Source: Candidatus Rariloculus versatilis (GTDB lineage Bacteria > Pseudomonadota > Gammaproteobacteria > Steroidobacterales > Rariloculaceae). From it: DNA of 64,000 nucleotides. The stretch is from the NCBI GenBank assembly GCA_028278665.1, contig JAQAJI010000002.1, positions 8,380 through 72,379 of the forward strand. The letters are read 5' to 3'. The notes beneath the pieces are model-generated. The model was not told the DNA's origin. It saw only the letters and a list, made by a program, of their open reading frames with translations, and did no database searches. A program made the translations under genes and the position numbers. Within the stretch, counting starts at the first letter, position 1; the number at the start of each line of letters is the position of its first letter. Shown here piece after piece: positions 1-9,663 of this stretch.

Positions 1-732
1 CACGTTCGGCAGTACGCCGATGCCGACCATCACGAGATCGCAGGGAAACCGCTCGCCGGCGGCCGTTTCGACCGCCTCGACGCGTTCCCGGCCGACAAAG
101 GCCGAAACCTGGGCGCCACAGACGATGCGCACACCGGCTTCAGTGTGCCGGGAATGAAAGAAGCCCGCGACCTCTTCGCAGACGACGCGCCCGAGCACGC
201 GTTTGAACGCTTCAAGTACGGTGACATCGAGCCCGCGGCCGACCGCAACGGCCGCCGTCTCAAGCCCGATGTAGCCCGCGCCAACAATGACGACCTTCGC
301 GTCCGGCTGGAATCGGTCGGCAACCGCATCGATATCGCCGATCGTGCGCACATAGTGCACGCCGTCGAGGTCGTCCCCGGGCAAGCCGGTCCGGCGCACG
401 CGGCTCCCGGTCGCGAGCACGAGGCGGTCCCAGGGCAGCACGCGCCCGTCGTTCAGCCGAACGCGCCGCGGCCCGAGCTCCAGCTCCTCCACTCGCGTGC
501 CGAGCAGCAATTCGACACCGCGGCTCTCATAGAAGCTCTCGGGCCTCAGGAACAGCCGCTCTCGAGGCAGCTCGCCCGCGAGGTACTTCTTCGACAGCGG
601 CGGGCGCTGATAGGGAGGATGCGGTTCCTCGCCGACCAGCGAAATGCTGCCGTCGAAACCACTCTGCCGGACCGAGTGAACGGCCTGGACCGCGGCCTGT
701 CCGCCGCCGACGATGACGAGGTGTTCGGTCAT
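1..732 (-). CDS. FAD-dependent pyridine nucleotide-disulfide oxidoreductase (ferredoxin/rubredoxin reductase type); 3' end runs off the window
   Basis: Absent from the ORF track because it is open at the window edge. Reverse translation from ATG 732..730 gives MTEHLVIVGGGQAAVQAV...EEPHPPYQRPPLSKKYL...KVVIVGAGYIGLETAA, with two Rossmann dinucleotide-binding motifs typical of this family. The track ORF 145..894(+) is its antisense shadow. Confidence 0.8.
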   Translation of the reverse strand, partial: MTEHLVIVGGGQAAVQAVHSVRQSGFDGSISLVGEEPHPPYQRPPLSKKYLAGELPRERLFLRPESFYESRGVELLLGTRVEELELGPRRVRLNDGRVLPWDRLVLATGSRVRRTGLPGDDLDGVHYVRTIGDIDAVADRFQPDAKVVIVGAGYIGLETAAVAVGRGLDVTVLEAFKRVLGRVVCEEVAGFFHSRHTEAGVRIVCGAQVSAFVGRERVEAVETAAGERFPCDLVMVGIGVLPNV

Positions 733-904
733 GAGATATGTTGCTGTGAAGCCTTGGCGAATGATACTCAACTCAACCGGGCTTCCCTCAATACCGGCCC
801 GGCGCTACGGCTCGGCGGCAGCCCACCGAACCGGGCTGCGACCGTCAGGGCGCCGGGGGAAACGACCGGACAGCACGCCCCTGCCACGCTTTGATCGGTA
901 GTGG

Positions 905-1705
905 CTATCGGGATTCCGTCCCGCGGACCAGGCGGAACCGGGTTACCAGGAAAAGCGCCAGGGCGATCACGACGATCGAGGGTCCCGACGGCGTGTCGAA
1001 GTTCGCCGACGCGAGCAGTCCGCCCGCAACTGCCACGATTCCCACGACAGCCGCACCAAGCGCCATGCGTTCGGGGCTCGTGGCGAAGCGGCGTGCGGTC
1101 GCGGCCGGAATTACCAGCAACGCCACGATCAGCAGCACGCCGACAACCTTGATCGCCGCCGCGATCACGGCGGCCAGGAATATCCCGAAAATCAGCCGCG
1201 CGCGGTCCGGATTCATGCCGGCGACCCTCGCGAGATCCGCACTTACGGTCGCCGCCAGCAGTGCTCGCCAGATCAGGCACAGCACCCCCAGCGCGAGTGC
1301 GCCGCCGATCCAGATTACCGCAAGGTCCGCGCGCGACACCGCGAGAATGTCCCCGAAGAGCAACGCTTGAAGGTCCACTCGCATGTCCGGAAAGAACGAC
1401 AGGATCACAAGCCCGAGTGCCAGGCCGCCGTGCGCGAGCAGTCCGAGCAGCGTGTCAGTGGGCAAGGTATCGCGCCGTTCGAGATAGAACATCGCGAGAA
1501 CAATCACGCAGGCGGTGACGAAGATTCCGACGGTCAGGTTGAAATCGATGATGATGGCGAGCGCCACGCCAAGCAGTGCGGAGTGGGCGATGGTTTCACC
1601 GAAATAGGCGAGCCGCCGCCAGACGATAAAGCACCCGGCGGGTCCCGTCACAAGCGCCAGACCAATGCCGGCCAGCAGGGCGCGGAAAAGGAAGTCGTCC
1701 AACAT
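905..1705 (-). CDS. znuB: zinc ABC transporter permease ZnuB
   Basis: 266-aa polytopic membrane protein with an ABC-3 (ZnuB/MntB-like) sequence pattern. It starts 3 nt downstream of the znuC stop and is divergent from znuA. Confidence 0.88.
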   Translation of the reverse strand: MLDDFLFRALLAGIGLALVTGPAGCFIVWRRLAYFGETIAHSALLGVALAIIIDFNLTVGIFVTACVIVLAMFYLERRDTLPTDTLLGLLAHGGLALGLVILSFFPDMRVDLQALLFGDILAVSRADLAVIWIGGALALGVLCLIWRALLAATVSADLARVAGMNPDRARLIFGIFLAAVIAAAIKVVGVLLIVALLVIPAATARRFATSPERMALGAAVVGIVAVAGGLLASANFDTPSGPSIVVIALALFLVTRFRLVRGTESR

Positions 1706-1708
1706 GGC

Positions 1709-2398
1709 TCAGTGGGCTGAGCCGCCGTGGCTGCGTTGCTGACCGGCGCCTCCGGCACCTCCCGCCAGGTAGCCCGGATCGTGTTCGTGAGGCACCAGCA
1801 CAACGAAATCGTCGGCCCTGGCCAGGGCTTCCTTGACATCGTGAGAGATCATCAATACCCCGCAGCCGAGATCGGCGCGGATTTCGTCGATGAGTTCATC
1901 GAGCAACTCTGCTCCGGCCAGGTCCACACCCTGCCCGGGCTCGTCGAGCACCAGCAGATGGGGCCGGTGAATCAGCGCCCGGGCGAGCAGCAGCCGTTGG
2001 AACTCGCCTCCGGACAACGTCGTGACAAGCGGATTCCCGAGACGTTCCAGTCCAACGGCTGCGAGCGCCGCGTCGACATCATTTTCCGGGTATCTCCCGG
2101 TCAGCGTCATGAGCCGCCGCAACGTCAGCGGCAGCGTGTGACCGAGCGCAAGCCGCTGCGGGACGTAGCCGATCCTGAGCGACGGCGCGTGCCGGACCGT
2201 GCCCTCGGTGAGTTCGATAAGTCCGAGTACCGCCTTGACACAGGTCGATTTGCCCGCGCCGTTGGCCCCGACTACACACACCAGATCGCCGCGTTTCACG
2301 GTCAGATCGACATGCCGGACAATCCAGCGTTCACCACGCTTGATGCCGATGTCGCTGGCAGCTAAAAGTGGATCGGACAACACAGCAGACTCCGTCAC
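1709..2398 (-). CDS. znuC: zinc ABC transporter ATP-binding protein ZnuC
   Basis: Walker A GANGAGKS, signature LSGGEFQR and Walker B LLVLDEP are present. The track start 2629 would run across the znuA promoter and start. The GTG at 2398 gives a normal N-terminus with Walker A near residue 44. The start is uncertain; ATG 2470 is an alternative. Confidence 0.82.
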   Translation of the reverse strand: MTESAVLSDPLLAASDIGIKRGERWIVRHVDLTVKRGDLVCVVGANGAGKSTCVKAVLGLIELTEGTVRHAPSLRIGYVPQRLALGHTLPLTLRRLMTLTGRYPENDVDAALAAVGLERLGNPLVTTLSGGEFQRLLLARALIHRPHLLVLDEPGQGVDLAGAELLDELIDEIRADLGCGVLMISHDVKEALARADDFVVLVPHEHDPGYLAGGAGGAGQQRSHGGSAH

Positions 2399-2546
2399 AA
2401 AAAACCAGTCTATGCGGCGCAACGTCCGGCGGCAATGAAACTCCGGGGCACAATTGGCGGCAGTCATCCGGTTACAATGTCGGCAATTGGCCCGGCGCCG
2501 GATGCATGCCCTCGCGTTCGGGCGAACCATTGCAGAGAGATTTCCG

Positions 2547-3563
2547 ATGTATACGACCAGGCGCGGTCTTGCCGGTCCGCTTGCAGGAGTCGCTGCCGGC
2601 CCCCGCGGATCGGGAGCGCGCCGGAACACGCGTTGCGTCCTTGCGGCGCTGCTTTGCCTGACCGCACTCGGCGTAACCTCGACAGCCGGCGCGCAGCTTC
2701 AGGTCGTCGCCACGATCAAGCCGGTGCATTCGCTCGTTGCAGGGGTCATGGTCGGCACCGGCGAACCCAAGCTCATCATCCGGGGTGCGACCTCGCCGCA
2801 TACCTTCAGCCTGCGCCCTTCCGATGCGCGCAATATCCAGAACGCCGAGGTCATCTTCATGATCGGGGATGCGCTGGAGACGTCACTCGCCGGTTCGATC
2901 GACACATTGAGCCGCGACGCCAGCGTGGTCAGGCTGGCTGACACCGAGGGCCTGATACGGTTGCCGCTGCGAGAAGGCGCGACCTTCGAGACGCGCGATC
3001 ACGAGAGCGAGCACGAACACGAGGCGCACGAAGAAGACTCCTTCGACATGCACGTCTGGCTGGATCCGCTCAATGCCCGAACGATGGTAAGTGCGATTGC
3101 GGAGACGTTGTCGGCGGCGGATGCCGACAACGCCGCCACGTACGCGGCAAACGCCGAGACCATGATCGCCCGGCTGGACACGCTGGTCGATCAGGTCAAC
3201 TCCGAAGTCGGCGGGCTGCGGGACCGGCCGTTCATCGTCTTTCACGAAGCCTACCATTACTTAGAGGACCGCTTCGGCCTGATCGCGGCCGGCGCCGCTT
3301 CGGTCTCGCCGGACCGCCCGCCCGGGGCGCGGCGGATCAGCGAGCTGCGCACGAAGGTGAGCGAACTCGGCGTCGTATGCGTGCTGGCCGAGCCCCAGTT
3401 CGACCCCCGGATCGCAAGTGTCATCATTGAAGGCACGTCGGCACAGCTCGGCACCGTCGACCCGCTCGGCGCATCGCTGGACAGCGGCCGGGAACTCTAT
3501 TTCACGCTCCTGCACGACATGGCCGCGTCGTTTGCCGCCTGCCTGGCACCAGACGCGCTCTGA
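2547..3563 (+). CDS. znuA: periplasmic zinc-binding protein ZnuA
   Basis: Signal peptide (CVLAALLCLTALGVTSTAGA), a cluster-9 SBP pattern and an acidic His-rich loop HESEHEHEAHEED characteristic of ZnuA. ATG 2547 is preferred over track start 2454. Confidence 0.88.
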   Translation: MYTTRRGLAGPLAGVAAGPRGSGARRNTRCVLAALLCLTALGVTSTAGAQLQVVATIKPVHSLVAGVMVGTGEPKLIIRGATSPHTFSLRPSDARNIQNAEVIFMIGDALETSLAGSIDTLSRDASVVRLADTEGLIRLPLREGATFETRDHESEHEHEAHEEDSFDMHVWLDPLNARTMVSAIAETLSAADADNAATYAANAETMIARLDTLVDQVNSEVGGLRDRPFIVFHEAYHYLEDRFGLIAAGAASVSPDRPPGARRISELRTKVSELGVVCVLAEPQFDPRIASVIIEGTSAQLGTVDPLGASLDSGRELYFTLLHDMAASFAACLAPDAL

Positions 3564-3615
3564 GCCGGCTGCACCGCGCGGCACAGACCACCACCCACAA
3601 GGCGATTTCACTCTC

Positions 3616-4590
3616 ATGACCAAGGCAATACGCATCGACGAGTTCGGCGGACCGGAAGTACTTCGATACCGTGACGTGGAGGTCGGCGCTCCAGGTCCCG
3701 GGCAGATCCGCATCGCTCACAAGGCGATCGGGCTGAACATGATCGACATCTACTTTCGCAACGGGCTTTATCCCATCGGTCTGCCAAGCGGGCTCGGCAG
3801 CGAAGCTGCAGGCGTCGTTGTGGCCATCGGCGAAGGCGTGGATGGCGTCGAGGTCGGCCAACGGGTTGCGTATGCGTCGCCGGCGCCCCTCGACGGCTAC
3901 TCGGAGGAAAGACTCATCGACTCAGGCCTGGTGATCGGCCTGCCGTACGGGATCAGCAATGAAACCGCGGCGGCGATGATGCTCAAGGGCTTGACGAGCT
4001 GGTATCTCCTCACGCGCAGCTATCGCGTCGAAGCCGGCGACTGGATCGTGCTCTATGCCGCGGCCGGGGGCGTCGGCCTTATCGCGACGCAGTGGGCGAG
4101 CCGGCTCGGTGCCAGGGTGATCGGCATCGTCAGTACCGAAGAAAAACGTACCGTTGCACTCGAGCACGGCTGCGAGCATGTGCTGCTTGCGGGCGACGAT
4201 GTGGTTGGCCGGGTACGGGAGCTGACCGGGGGCAAGGGCGTTGCCGCCGTGTACGACTCGGTCGGTCGCGAAACGTTCTACCAGTCGCTCGACTGCCTGC
4301 GCCGCCATGGCGTCATGGTGAGCTTCGGCAACGCGTCGGGCGCCGTAGAGCCGTTCGCTCCCCTGGAGCTGACCAAGCGCGGCTCGCTCTATGTGACCCG
4401 CCCGACGCTGTGGGACTTCGTCGGGGAACGCTCGGACCTGGAGCGAGGCGCGGCAGCGCTCTTCGATGCGGTGCGCTCGGGCGCAATCCACATCGACGTG
4501 CGCCAGCGCTACCCGCTCGCCGATGCCGCGACCGCTCAGATCGACCTCCAACGGCGCGCCACCGTCGGTTCGACAGTGCTTGTGCCCTGA
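3616..4590 (+). CDS. qor: NADPH:quinone oxidoreductase (zeta-crystallin/MDR family)
   Basis: MTKAIRIDEFGGPEVLRY..., nucleotide motif AAAGGVG and a typical Qor length of 324 aa. ATG 3616 lies inside track ORF 3418..4590. Confidence 0.85.
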   Translation: MTKAIRIDEFGGPEVLRYRDVEVGAPGPGQIRIAHKAIGLNMIDIYFRNGLYPIGLPSGLGSEAAGVVVAIGEGVDGVEVGQRVAYASPAPLDGYSEERLIDSGLVIGLPYGISNETAAAMMLKGLTSWYLLTRSYRVEAGDWIVLYAAAGGVGLIATQWASRLGARVIGIVSTEEKRTVALEHGCEHVLLAGDDVVGRVRELTGGKGVAAVYDSVGRETFYQSLDCLRRHGVMVSFGNASGAVEPFAPLELTKRGSLYVTRPTLWDFVGERSDLERGAAALFDAVRSGAIHIDVRQRYPLADAATAQIDLQRRATVGSTVLVP

Positions 4591-4700
4591 TCCGCAACCG
4601 CCGAGCGACGTTTCGTCGCGTTTCCGGCGGTTTTGGGGCTCCCCGGGCGCGCGGCCCGGCGGTACCTTGATGCGAAACGATCGCATTGAAGGAGAACAAG

Positions 4701-5288
4701 GTGCCGAAACAACGCCACGAGGCAAACTACCCGGATTCGATGGCCGAGGTCTTCGGCGCGTTGATTATGGAACTTTCCCGCCACCGCTGGGCCGAGGGCG
4801 CGCGGCTCGACACCGGGCCGCGCATGCCGAGAGTCGGCAGCCGCTACGTCAACGAGCGTGGCACGGTGCTCAGGCGCGGCAGGATCCTGGAGTGCCGCAA
4901 GCCGGTCGCGCTCACGCTCTACGAGACATTGTTCGATACACCGTGCCGGGTCAGGCTTCGCCTGCGTTGGCGGGTCGAATCGCGCGACTCGGGTTCGCTG
5001 CTGCGCCTGGACCTGGGCTATGAACTCAACGCCGCGGCATCACTGCGAAGACGGCACTGGCACGGTCGGCTCGATGCGCACTGCGGGCGGATGTTGGGCT
5101 TCGTGAGCACGCGGCTCGGCGGCGGTTCGGCCGCGCGGCAAGGGCACGAGACAGCTGCGAGAGATGTGGGTTGCGGAGCTGCCGAGCGCCGCGGGCAAGA
5201 GCACGGGCAGGGCCATCGCGAGCACGAACGAGCCAGAGTGGTTCAGTCAGGAGAACTTCTGGCCTGCAGCCAGGACGTCAATCGGTAG
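4701..5288 (+). CDS. hypothetical protein (possibly SRPBCC-like); function unknown
   Basis: Track ORF 4686..5288. GAAGGAG sits 6 nt upstream of GTG 4701. The C-terminal 50 aa are low-complexity and overlap the convergent gene 5243..5638. No confident family recognition. Confidence 0.4.
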   Translation: MPKQRHEANYPDSMAEVFGALIMELSRHRWAEGARLDTGPRMPRVGSRYVNERGTVLRRGRILECRKPVALTLYETLFDTPCRVRLRLRWRVESRDSGSLLRLDLGYELNAAASLRRRHWHGRLDAHCGRMLGFVSTRLGGGSAARQGHETAARDVGCGAAERRGQEHGQGHREHERARVVQSGELLACSQDVNR

Positions 5289-5638
5289 AGCCCCGCCGTC
5301 AGCAAGATTACAAGCCAGGCTGGTACCGCACCAAGCAAAGTATTGAGAAAGCTCGGCAGGGGGACGCTGAGGTAGAAAGCGAAGATCGAAATCGGACCAC
5401 AGACCGCAGCGACTGCGACAGCAAGCGGGCGGGACCGGCGCGAGATCAGAAGTACGGCAAGAGTGAGGGGCATTCCGAGAATCCACATCAGCGGGAATAA
5501 AGAGAAGAGCATGCCGAAAAGCTGCAACGGCCGATCATCGTAGATGCCAAAAGAAAATTCGCCGAGCGCGAACCAGAGCGCGAGACTCCACGGCAACCAC
5601 AGGGACCAGACGAATGTTCTCCCGATCAAGTCATACAC
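5243..5638 (-). CDS. hypothetical integral membrane protein
   Basis: 131 aa with about 4 hydrophobic Trp/Leu/Phe-rich spans. Codon usage looks less GC-rich than the neighbours. No family recognised. Confidence 0.5.
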   Translation of the reverse strand: MYDLIGRTFVWSLWLPWSLALWFALGEFSFGIYDDRPLQLFGMLFSLFPLMWILGMPLTLAVLLISRRSRPLAVAVAAVCGPISIFAFYLSVPLPSFLNTLLGAVPAWLVILLTAGLYRLTSWLQARSSPD

Positions 5639-5744
5639 GGTCAGTTCGTGCCCACGAATGCATTGTCCGGGAGTATAGGATGCGGGGCGGTTGCGAGCGA
5701 CCGCACCGCGCCCGGTGACGAGCCCGGGCCTGGTCCCAGGCGGC

Positions 5745-6878
5745 TCACTCGGCGTCGTTGAGCAGGTCCTCGATGCGGCGCGTCATCTGTTCGTACTTGT
5801 AGGCCGGGATCCGGTAGCGCCAGCCGGCAACCGTGGAGTTGATCGCTTCGGCTTCGGCCGCCGGATCGGCGCCGTCGTTACCCGCGTCGGCGCTTTGGGC
5901 GACCGTGTCAGCGACCGCGCCGCCGTCCGCCGCCGGCACGGGAGTATCCGCCGTCTCCCCGGTGTCTTCGGAGACGGATTCGACACTCGGTTCGTCGACG
6001 GGCTCCGCTGATACACCCGCCTCGAATTCAAGCCAGTTCTCGTCGCCTCGTTCGTAGCCGCGTGCCGTCACCACAAGACCGTCGAACGTGTGGAACCGCG
6101 TCGTGACGCTCGGCTCCAAACCGTCGTCGGCCGCAGGCTCGACATCCTCCAGCGCAAGCTCGCGCAACACGTTGCCGGTGACGTTCGCAACGCCGACATA
6201 CTGGAGCTCGCGGCCGTCCGGCACGGCATCAACGGAGTAATTCGTCTGCCCGGGCTCGTCCTTGAAGATGCGCAGGCGTTCGCCGTCAGCATGCTCGATC
6301 GTAACCTCGCTGACACGGTCGGAGCGCAGATCGAGGATGCCCGTCTGAAGCCACTGCGGCGCCGAGCGCGGCAGCTCGGGATCGCGGTCGATCAGCAGGC
6401 TCACCGCCTCGTCGGAGCGCCGGGCGTAGCGCTGGCTCGTCCCTTCCGCATCGCCCAGGATCACCGTCGGAAAGGCTTCGTCGCCGTAGCGTATCGTCAC
6501 CGCCGTACCGGCCGAGGAATCCGATTCGACGGATTCGACACCGAGGCGATCGTAGAACTCGGGGTTCGAGGTCTTCTCCTCGACAACGCGCGCCTCCGAA
6601 AGTGCAAGCAAGGCATCCCGGATCCTTGCGGTATCGGCCGGGTAGCCGCCCTTCTCGGGCACCGTCCAGCCCTGCTCCGATCTGAGGATGCTCGCGATCG
6701 TCTCGTTTCCGGCGCCGACGAGCGTGATTTCGTTGACGTCGTTCAACGCCGCGTCGAGTCCCGCCAGGAGCGTGGAACCGCTCAGGGAGGGAGCTGGGGC
6801 GCGGTTCTGTCCGACCAGCGCCAGTACGACGAGCACCGCCGCGAGCGCGGCGACGACCGCGAGCGCGCGGTTGTTCAT
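5745..6878 (-). CDS. DUF4340-like protein, last gene of the ABC-2/GldG-like cluster
   Basis: MNNRALAVVAALAAVLVVLALVG gives an N-terminal anchor, and an acidic low-complexity region lies near the C-terminus. ATG 6878 overlaps the upstream stop (ATGA). Its position after a GldG-like gene is the usual DUF4340 context. Confidence 0.7.
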   Translation of the reverse strand: MNNRALAVVAALAAVLVVLALVGQNRAPAPSLSGSTLLAGLDAALNDVNEITLVGAGNETIASILRSEQGWTVPEKGGYPADTARIRDALLALSEARVVEEKTSNPEFYDRLGVESVESDSSAGTAVTIRYGDEAFPTVILGDAEGTSQRYARRSDEAVSLLIDRDPELPRSAPQWLQTGILDLRSDRVSEVTIEHADGERLRIFKDEPGQTNYSVDAVPDGRELQYVGVANVTGNVLRELALEDVEPAADDGLEPSVTTRFHTFDGLVVTARGYERGDENWLEFEAGVSAEPVDEPSVESVSEDTGETADTPVPAADGGAVADTVAQSADAGNDGADPAAEAEAINSTVAGWRYRIPAYKYEQMTRRIEDLLNDAE

Positions 6879-7498
6879 GCGGGAGTCCTCCTTCGAGTGC
6901 GCTTGAGCCAAATGACGAGGAGCGCGCCGAGCGTCAGGGCGAGCGGGACGGCGCCGATGTTGATGACCTTGAGGACGATGCCGAGCCGCTCGATGCTGCT
7001 GTCGAGATTGCGCTGCACGGCCCTGAGCTCCTGGCGGATCCTGAGTTGCTCGTCCTGGAACCGGCTGAGCTCCGCTTCCTGCTCCGGGCTCATGAAGAGC
7101 GAGTTTTCGTCGTCGCGGCTTGACTGCAGCTCGACGAGCCTGCGCTCGGTTTCGGCAAGTTCGGCCTGCAGTTGCTGTTCGGTCTCGCGAAAACGAGCGT
7201 CCGCATCGCGCTGCAGGGCCTCCACGGTATCGAACGGGCGCGAGTAGGTCTGCCGGCTCTTCAGTCCGATCAGGTCGGCGCTGCCTGACAGGTTCGCAAG
7301 CGCACTGGTGACGAGGTCGCCGTTGTTCGCAAAGGCCGTTGCGAGCTGCTGGCCGAAGAGGCTGCGCTGGCGCTGGATCCAGAGGCGGTCGCTGAGCACG
7401 TCGACGTCGCCGACGAGTATGACGTTGCCTTGCTCGATGGATGTCAGGTGATCGCTCGCGGGGAGCTCGACGGGAATCGGCGGTTCAGCAACGCCCAC
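6875..7498 (-). CDS. GldG-like ABC-transport auxiliary protein, C-terminal segment (coiled coil plus C-terminal TM)
   Basis: 207-aa ORF starting at GTG 7498. It is in the same reading frame as 7550..8923 and separated from it by 17 sense codons and one TAA (7550..7552). It ends with a TM helix IGAVPLALTLGALLVIWL. Confidence 0.6.
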   Translation of the reverse strand: MGVAEPPIPVELPASDHLTSIEQGNVILVGDVDVLSDRLWIQRQRSLFGQQLATAFANNGDLVTSALANLSGSADLIGLKSRQTYSRPFDTVEALQRDADARFRETEQQLQAELAETERRLVELQSSRDDENSLFMSPEQEAELSRFQDEQLRIRQELRAVQRNLDSSIERLGIVLKVINIGAVPLALTLGALLVIWLKRTRRRTPA

Positions 7499-7549
7499 AG
7501 GAGCCTCATCGGGACTGGATTCGGCCGTCAGCGATGCATCGACAACGGC

Positions 7550-8923
7550 TTAATCGGCAGGCTGCGGTTCGGGAGCGCCGTTCGCGGATTCCTCGTCCGC
7601 CGATGCGTCCGTTGCCGCAAGCGGTTCGTCGGCATCGACTTCGGCCGCCGGCGGACCGTCCGGAAATGCCGTTGTCAGCGGCCCTTCAAGCCTGGCGGCA
7701 AGAACGTAACTCTCGCCGGTCGCCGAGAACTCGTTGAGCAGTTCGCCCGGTTCCGGAAGGAATTGAAAGCGGCTCGCGTCGATCAGCGCCGATTCCGTGC
7801 TCGAGGTCAACAGCGGCACGAGCGACACTCCGGCATCCTCGGCCAGTGTGAAGTGTCCGGCAATGCCGAGATTGATCGAACCGAGTCCCGCGCTGACGAC
7901 ATCGTCCGCATTGATCCCGGCGGTCGTGAGCCCGAGCAGGCCGACGTGCCGGACCGGGCGCGCGCCGAACTCGGTGTTTACGCTGAGCGCGTTGACGTTG
8001 TCCGCGACGACCTGGCTCCCCGAGAAGCGCACGCCCCAGGCCGTGAACAGTTCCGGCAGATCCGAACCGCTCGGCGGGCTGAAGCCGAAGCCGCCTGGAT
8101 CCGGCGGTGCCGCGGCCGCTTCGGCGACCGGGTCCACGAAAATCAGCGCGCGCCCGCCGCGAAGGACGAACTGATCGATCGCATAGAGCGTCGGCTCGTC
8201 GAGCGCGCTCGGGTGCACGATCCAGAGCGTGTCGATGTCGTCATCGACCGCATCGATGCTTGCGGGCAGGTTGCGCAGATCGAAGAGCTGCTCCGCCTGC
8301 TGGTAAGTGAACCAGGGCGGCGTAGGCTGTTGCGTCTGGGGATCGAATCCGCCGCTCATCGAGACGCCGCTCAGGAGTCCAACGATGGGCTGCTCGGGAT
8401 TAGCGAGACTGTAGATCAGCCGCGCGAGATCGTACTCGAGCGATGCTTCCTCGGTCGGATCGAACACCTCGAGGACGGCCTCGTCGCCGAACGCGTTCGT
8501 CGCCGCGAGCCCGAAGTAGAGGCTGTCGCCGAGCGTGCCGAGGTTAATGTCCTGCAGCCCGTACTGTGCGGCACGGTCCTCTTCCTCGGAGAACGGCGGC
8601 GGATCTATGACCTGCAGGTTCACCCGCCCGCCTGCCGCCGCCGCGAACTCCTCGAGCATCTCCCTGACGCGGGTCGCGTAGCCGCGCAGGAACTGCAGGT
8701 CGCCGGCTGTCTCATCGGAAAAGAAAAAGTAGAGGTTGATGGGCTCGTCGAGCCCCTCCAGGAAGCTCTCCGTGCCCTGAGATAACGAGTAGAGCTCGTT
8801 CTCGGTCAGATCGATCCTGAGGCCGCTCAACAGCGTATTGCTGGCCATGACCGCGGCGATGAAGGCCACGGCGAGAAGCACGAGCGTTGCCGATGCCGTC
8901 GTTTGTCGCTGCTTCGATTCCAC
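7550..8923 (-). CDS. GldG-like ABC-transport auxiliary protein, N-terminal segment
   Basis: N-terminal TM (LVLLAVAFIAAVMA) followed by a large periplasmic domain matching the 'ABC-type uncharacterized transport system' pattern. GTG 8923 lies 5 nt after the permease stop and is preceded by a GGGGGGA run. The ORF ends at an in-frame TAA inside an acidic linker. Confidence 0.65.
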   Translation of the reverse strand: MESKQRQTTASATLVLLAVAFIAAVMASNTLLSGLRIDLTENELYSLSQGTESFLEGLDEPINLYFFFSDETAGDLQFLRGYATRVREMLEEFAAAAGGRVNLQVIDPPPFSEEEDRAAQYGLQDINLGTLGDSLYFGLAATNAFGDEAVLEVFDPTEEASLEYDLARLIYSLANPEQPIVGLLSGVSMSGGFDPQTQQPTPPWFTYQQAEQLFDLRNLPASIDAVDDDIDTLWIVHPSALDEPTLYAIDQFVLRGGRALIFVDPVAEAAAAPPDPGGFGFSPPSGSDLPELFTAWGVRFSGSQVVADNVNALSVNTEFGARPVRHVGLLGLTTAGINADDVVSAGLGSINLGIAGHFTLAEDAGVSLVPLLTSSTESALIDASRFQFLPEPGELLNEFSATGESYVLAARLEGPLTTAFPDGPPAAEVDADEPLAATDASADEESANGAPEPQPAD

Positions 8924-8928
8924 CGTCG

Positions 8929-9663
8929 TCAGTCCCCCCGCTTGATCGCGAGCACGATCGTATTGGCGTACAGGCACGCCGCGATCAGCAATGCGAAATA
9001 AACCAGGTCCCTGAAATCGATGACGCCGCGACTGATGCTCTGGAAGTGCGTCAGGAAGCTCAGGCTCGCGATCGCGTCGACGAGCGCTTGCGGCGCCCAG
9101 CCGGAGAAGACATCAAGGACGAGAGGAAACCCGGCGAGCAATAGCAGAAAGCAGGCGACGACCGACAGGATGAACGCGATGACCTGGTTTTTCGTCGTCG
9201 CCGAGATGCACGAGCCGACCGCGAGAAATCCGCCGGCCATGAGCCCGCTGCCGATATACGCGGCGAATATCGCCCCGTTGTCGGGCGCACCGAGGTAATT
9301 GACGGTGATCCAGATCGGAAACGTCAGCGCGAGCGCGAGCAGCGTGAATGCCCAGGCCGCCAGAAACTTGCCGAGCACCGCCTCCCACAGTTCCAGCGGC
9401 AGCGTCACGAGCAGCTCGATGCTGCCCGACTTCCGTTCCTCGGCCCACAAGCGCATGCTGAGCGCGGGCACGAGAAACAGATACAGCCACGGATGGAAGG
9501 TGAAGAACGGCGAGAGATCCGCCTGGCCGCGCTCGTAGAAGTTGCCGAGATAGAACGTGAACGTGCTCGCCAGCACGAGGAACATCACGATGAACACGTA
9601 CGCGACGGGCGTCGCAAAGTAGCTCGTCAGCTCGCGCCGGCACACGGCCCATGCGGCATTCAT
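8929..9663 (-). CDS. ABC-2 type transporter permease (GldF-like)
   Basis: MNAAWAVCRRELTSYFATPVAYVF... with 6 TM spans. ATG 9663 overlaps the ATPase stop (ATGA). Confidence 0.85.
   Translation of the reverse strand: MNAAWAVCRRELTSYFATPVAYVFIVMFLVLASTFTFYLGNFYERGQADLSPFFTFHPWLYLFLVPALSMRLWAEERKSGSIELLVTLPLELWEAVLGKFLAAWAFTLLALALTFPIWITVNYLGAPDNGAIFAAYIGSGLMAGGFLAVGSCISATTKNQVIAFILSVVACFLLLLAGFPLVLDVFSGWAPQALVDAIASLSFLTHFQSISRGVIDFRDLVYFALLIAACLYANTIVLAIKRGD

Noticed and set aside
145-894. 249-aa plus-strand ORF at the left edge.
   Set aside because: It is antisense to a clean FAD/NAD oxidoreductase reading frame (1..732, minus) with two Rossmann motifs. The plus-strand product is low-complexity.
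2399-2546. Search for a Zur box in the divergent znuC/znuA spacer.
   Set aside because: A Zur operator is expected here. I saw only two CAATTGG words (around 2451 and 2485) and TTACAATGT, with no convincing AT-rich palindrome resembling the enterobacterial Zur box. It is not called and needs a PWM scan with a lineage-appropriate Zur motif.
4600-5740. Impression of lower GC and atypical codon usage in the two hypothetical genes 4701..5288 and 5243..5638, which could indicate a small horizontally acquired patch.
   Set aside because: I cannot quantify GC or codon bias reliably by eye. There are no flanking repeats, tRNA or integrase. It needs a sliding-window GC/GC3 calculation before any claim is made.
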